The notes below the pieces were generated by a model. That model did not search any database and had not been told where the DNA came from. It worked only from the letters and a program-made list of their open reading frames with translations. A stretch of DNA of 48,310 nt from Octopus bimaculoides (Eukaryota). Location: positions 20,482,416 through 20,530,725 of the forward strand of contig NC_068996.1 in NCBI RefSeq assembly GCF_001194135.2, written 5' to 3'. Of this stretch, positions 47,746 to 48,310 are shown one piece after another. The position numbers were made by a program, and so were the translations under genes. Position 1 is the stretch's first letter. Each line of letters begins with the position of its first letter.

Positions 47746-48310
47746 TTATGGGTTTGTTAAAATATACAGAGAACTATATAGTTTCTTTATAACTACACAC
47801 AAACTATTGATTTTGTACTTAAAACAAAAAAAAAAAACCCAAATATTATTATTCTTTAAGAATTGGTTTCTCTACCCACATACACCTCCAGAATTGCAGC
47901 CATATCACCCTCAAATCCTACCCTATCACCTTAAAAACAGATGAAAAAAAAAAAAGATACTTAGAAGAGACATATTGTATTAAAATGATAATAACAAAAC
48001 AGAAAAGAACACTATGGTCACAGTTGAGCATCTTTGACCATAGGTCTGCTGGATAGGCATAAGCAATAATGTTTGAAATATGATATTGGTCATTAGTTCG
48101 TAATATTTAAATTTTTTAGCATATCATTATGTTTGTCTTAATTTCATATCAGTTCAATCGTTTGTGGAAAAATAAGGAATAGAAACTAATTGAATCATAA
48201 ATTGATTATTAGTTGCATCAGCCGTATTAGTAATAAAAAAACAGTCTTTGTATCCAACTTAACGTGTCTTGGTAGAATACTAATACTGCATTATTATTTA
48301 TATATATATA

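Overview
This is eukaryotic, AT-rich, gapped draft-assembly DNA made almost entirely of decayed transposable elements and microsatellites. The SINE and LINE-tail families look like Octopus (coleoid cephalopod) repeats; this is recalled, not database-checked. I found no intact host gene, rRNA, true tRNA or CRISPR array. Bases 1-20 kb are a near-contiguous nested stack: Penelope-like elements (PLEs), R4/Dong-clade LINEs with a restriction-like endonuclease (RLE), a Tx1/L1-clade LINE, an RTE LINE ending in three C2H2 fingers, and a Tc1/mariner remnant. Bases 20-48 kb hold many tRNA-derived SINEs, RTE LINEs with a PHD finger inside the reverse transcriptase (RT), an internally deleted Helitron, a probable Academ remnant and two minisatellites. 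Best leads: (1) a 460-bp PLE insertion whose terminal repeat joins a tRNA-like A-box segment to a minimal hammerhead ribozyme; (2) RTE LINEs carrying chromatin- or DNA-reader modules (PHD in RT, triple C2H2 tail); (3) a 63-bp near-perfect hairpin inside a PLE; (4) a Tx1/Dong rearrangement that can be reconstructed, bounded by 6-bp inverted microhomology. Boundaries were read by eye and are approximate unless a target-site duplication (TSD) or terminus is quoted.
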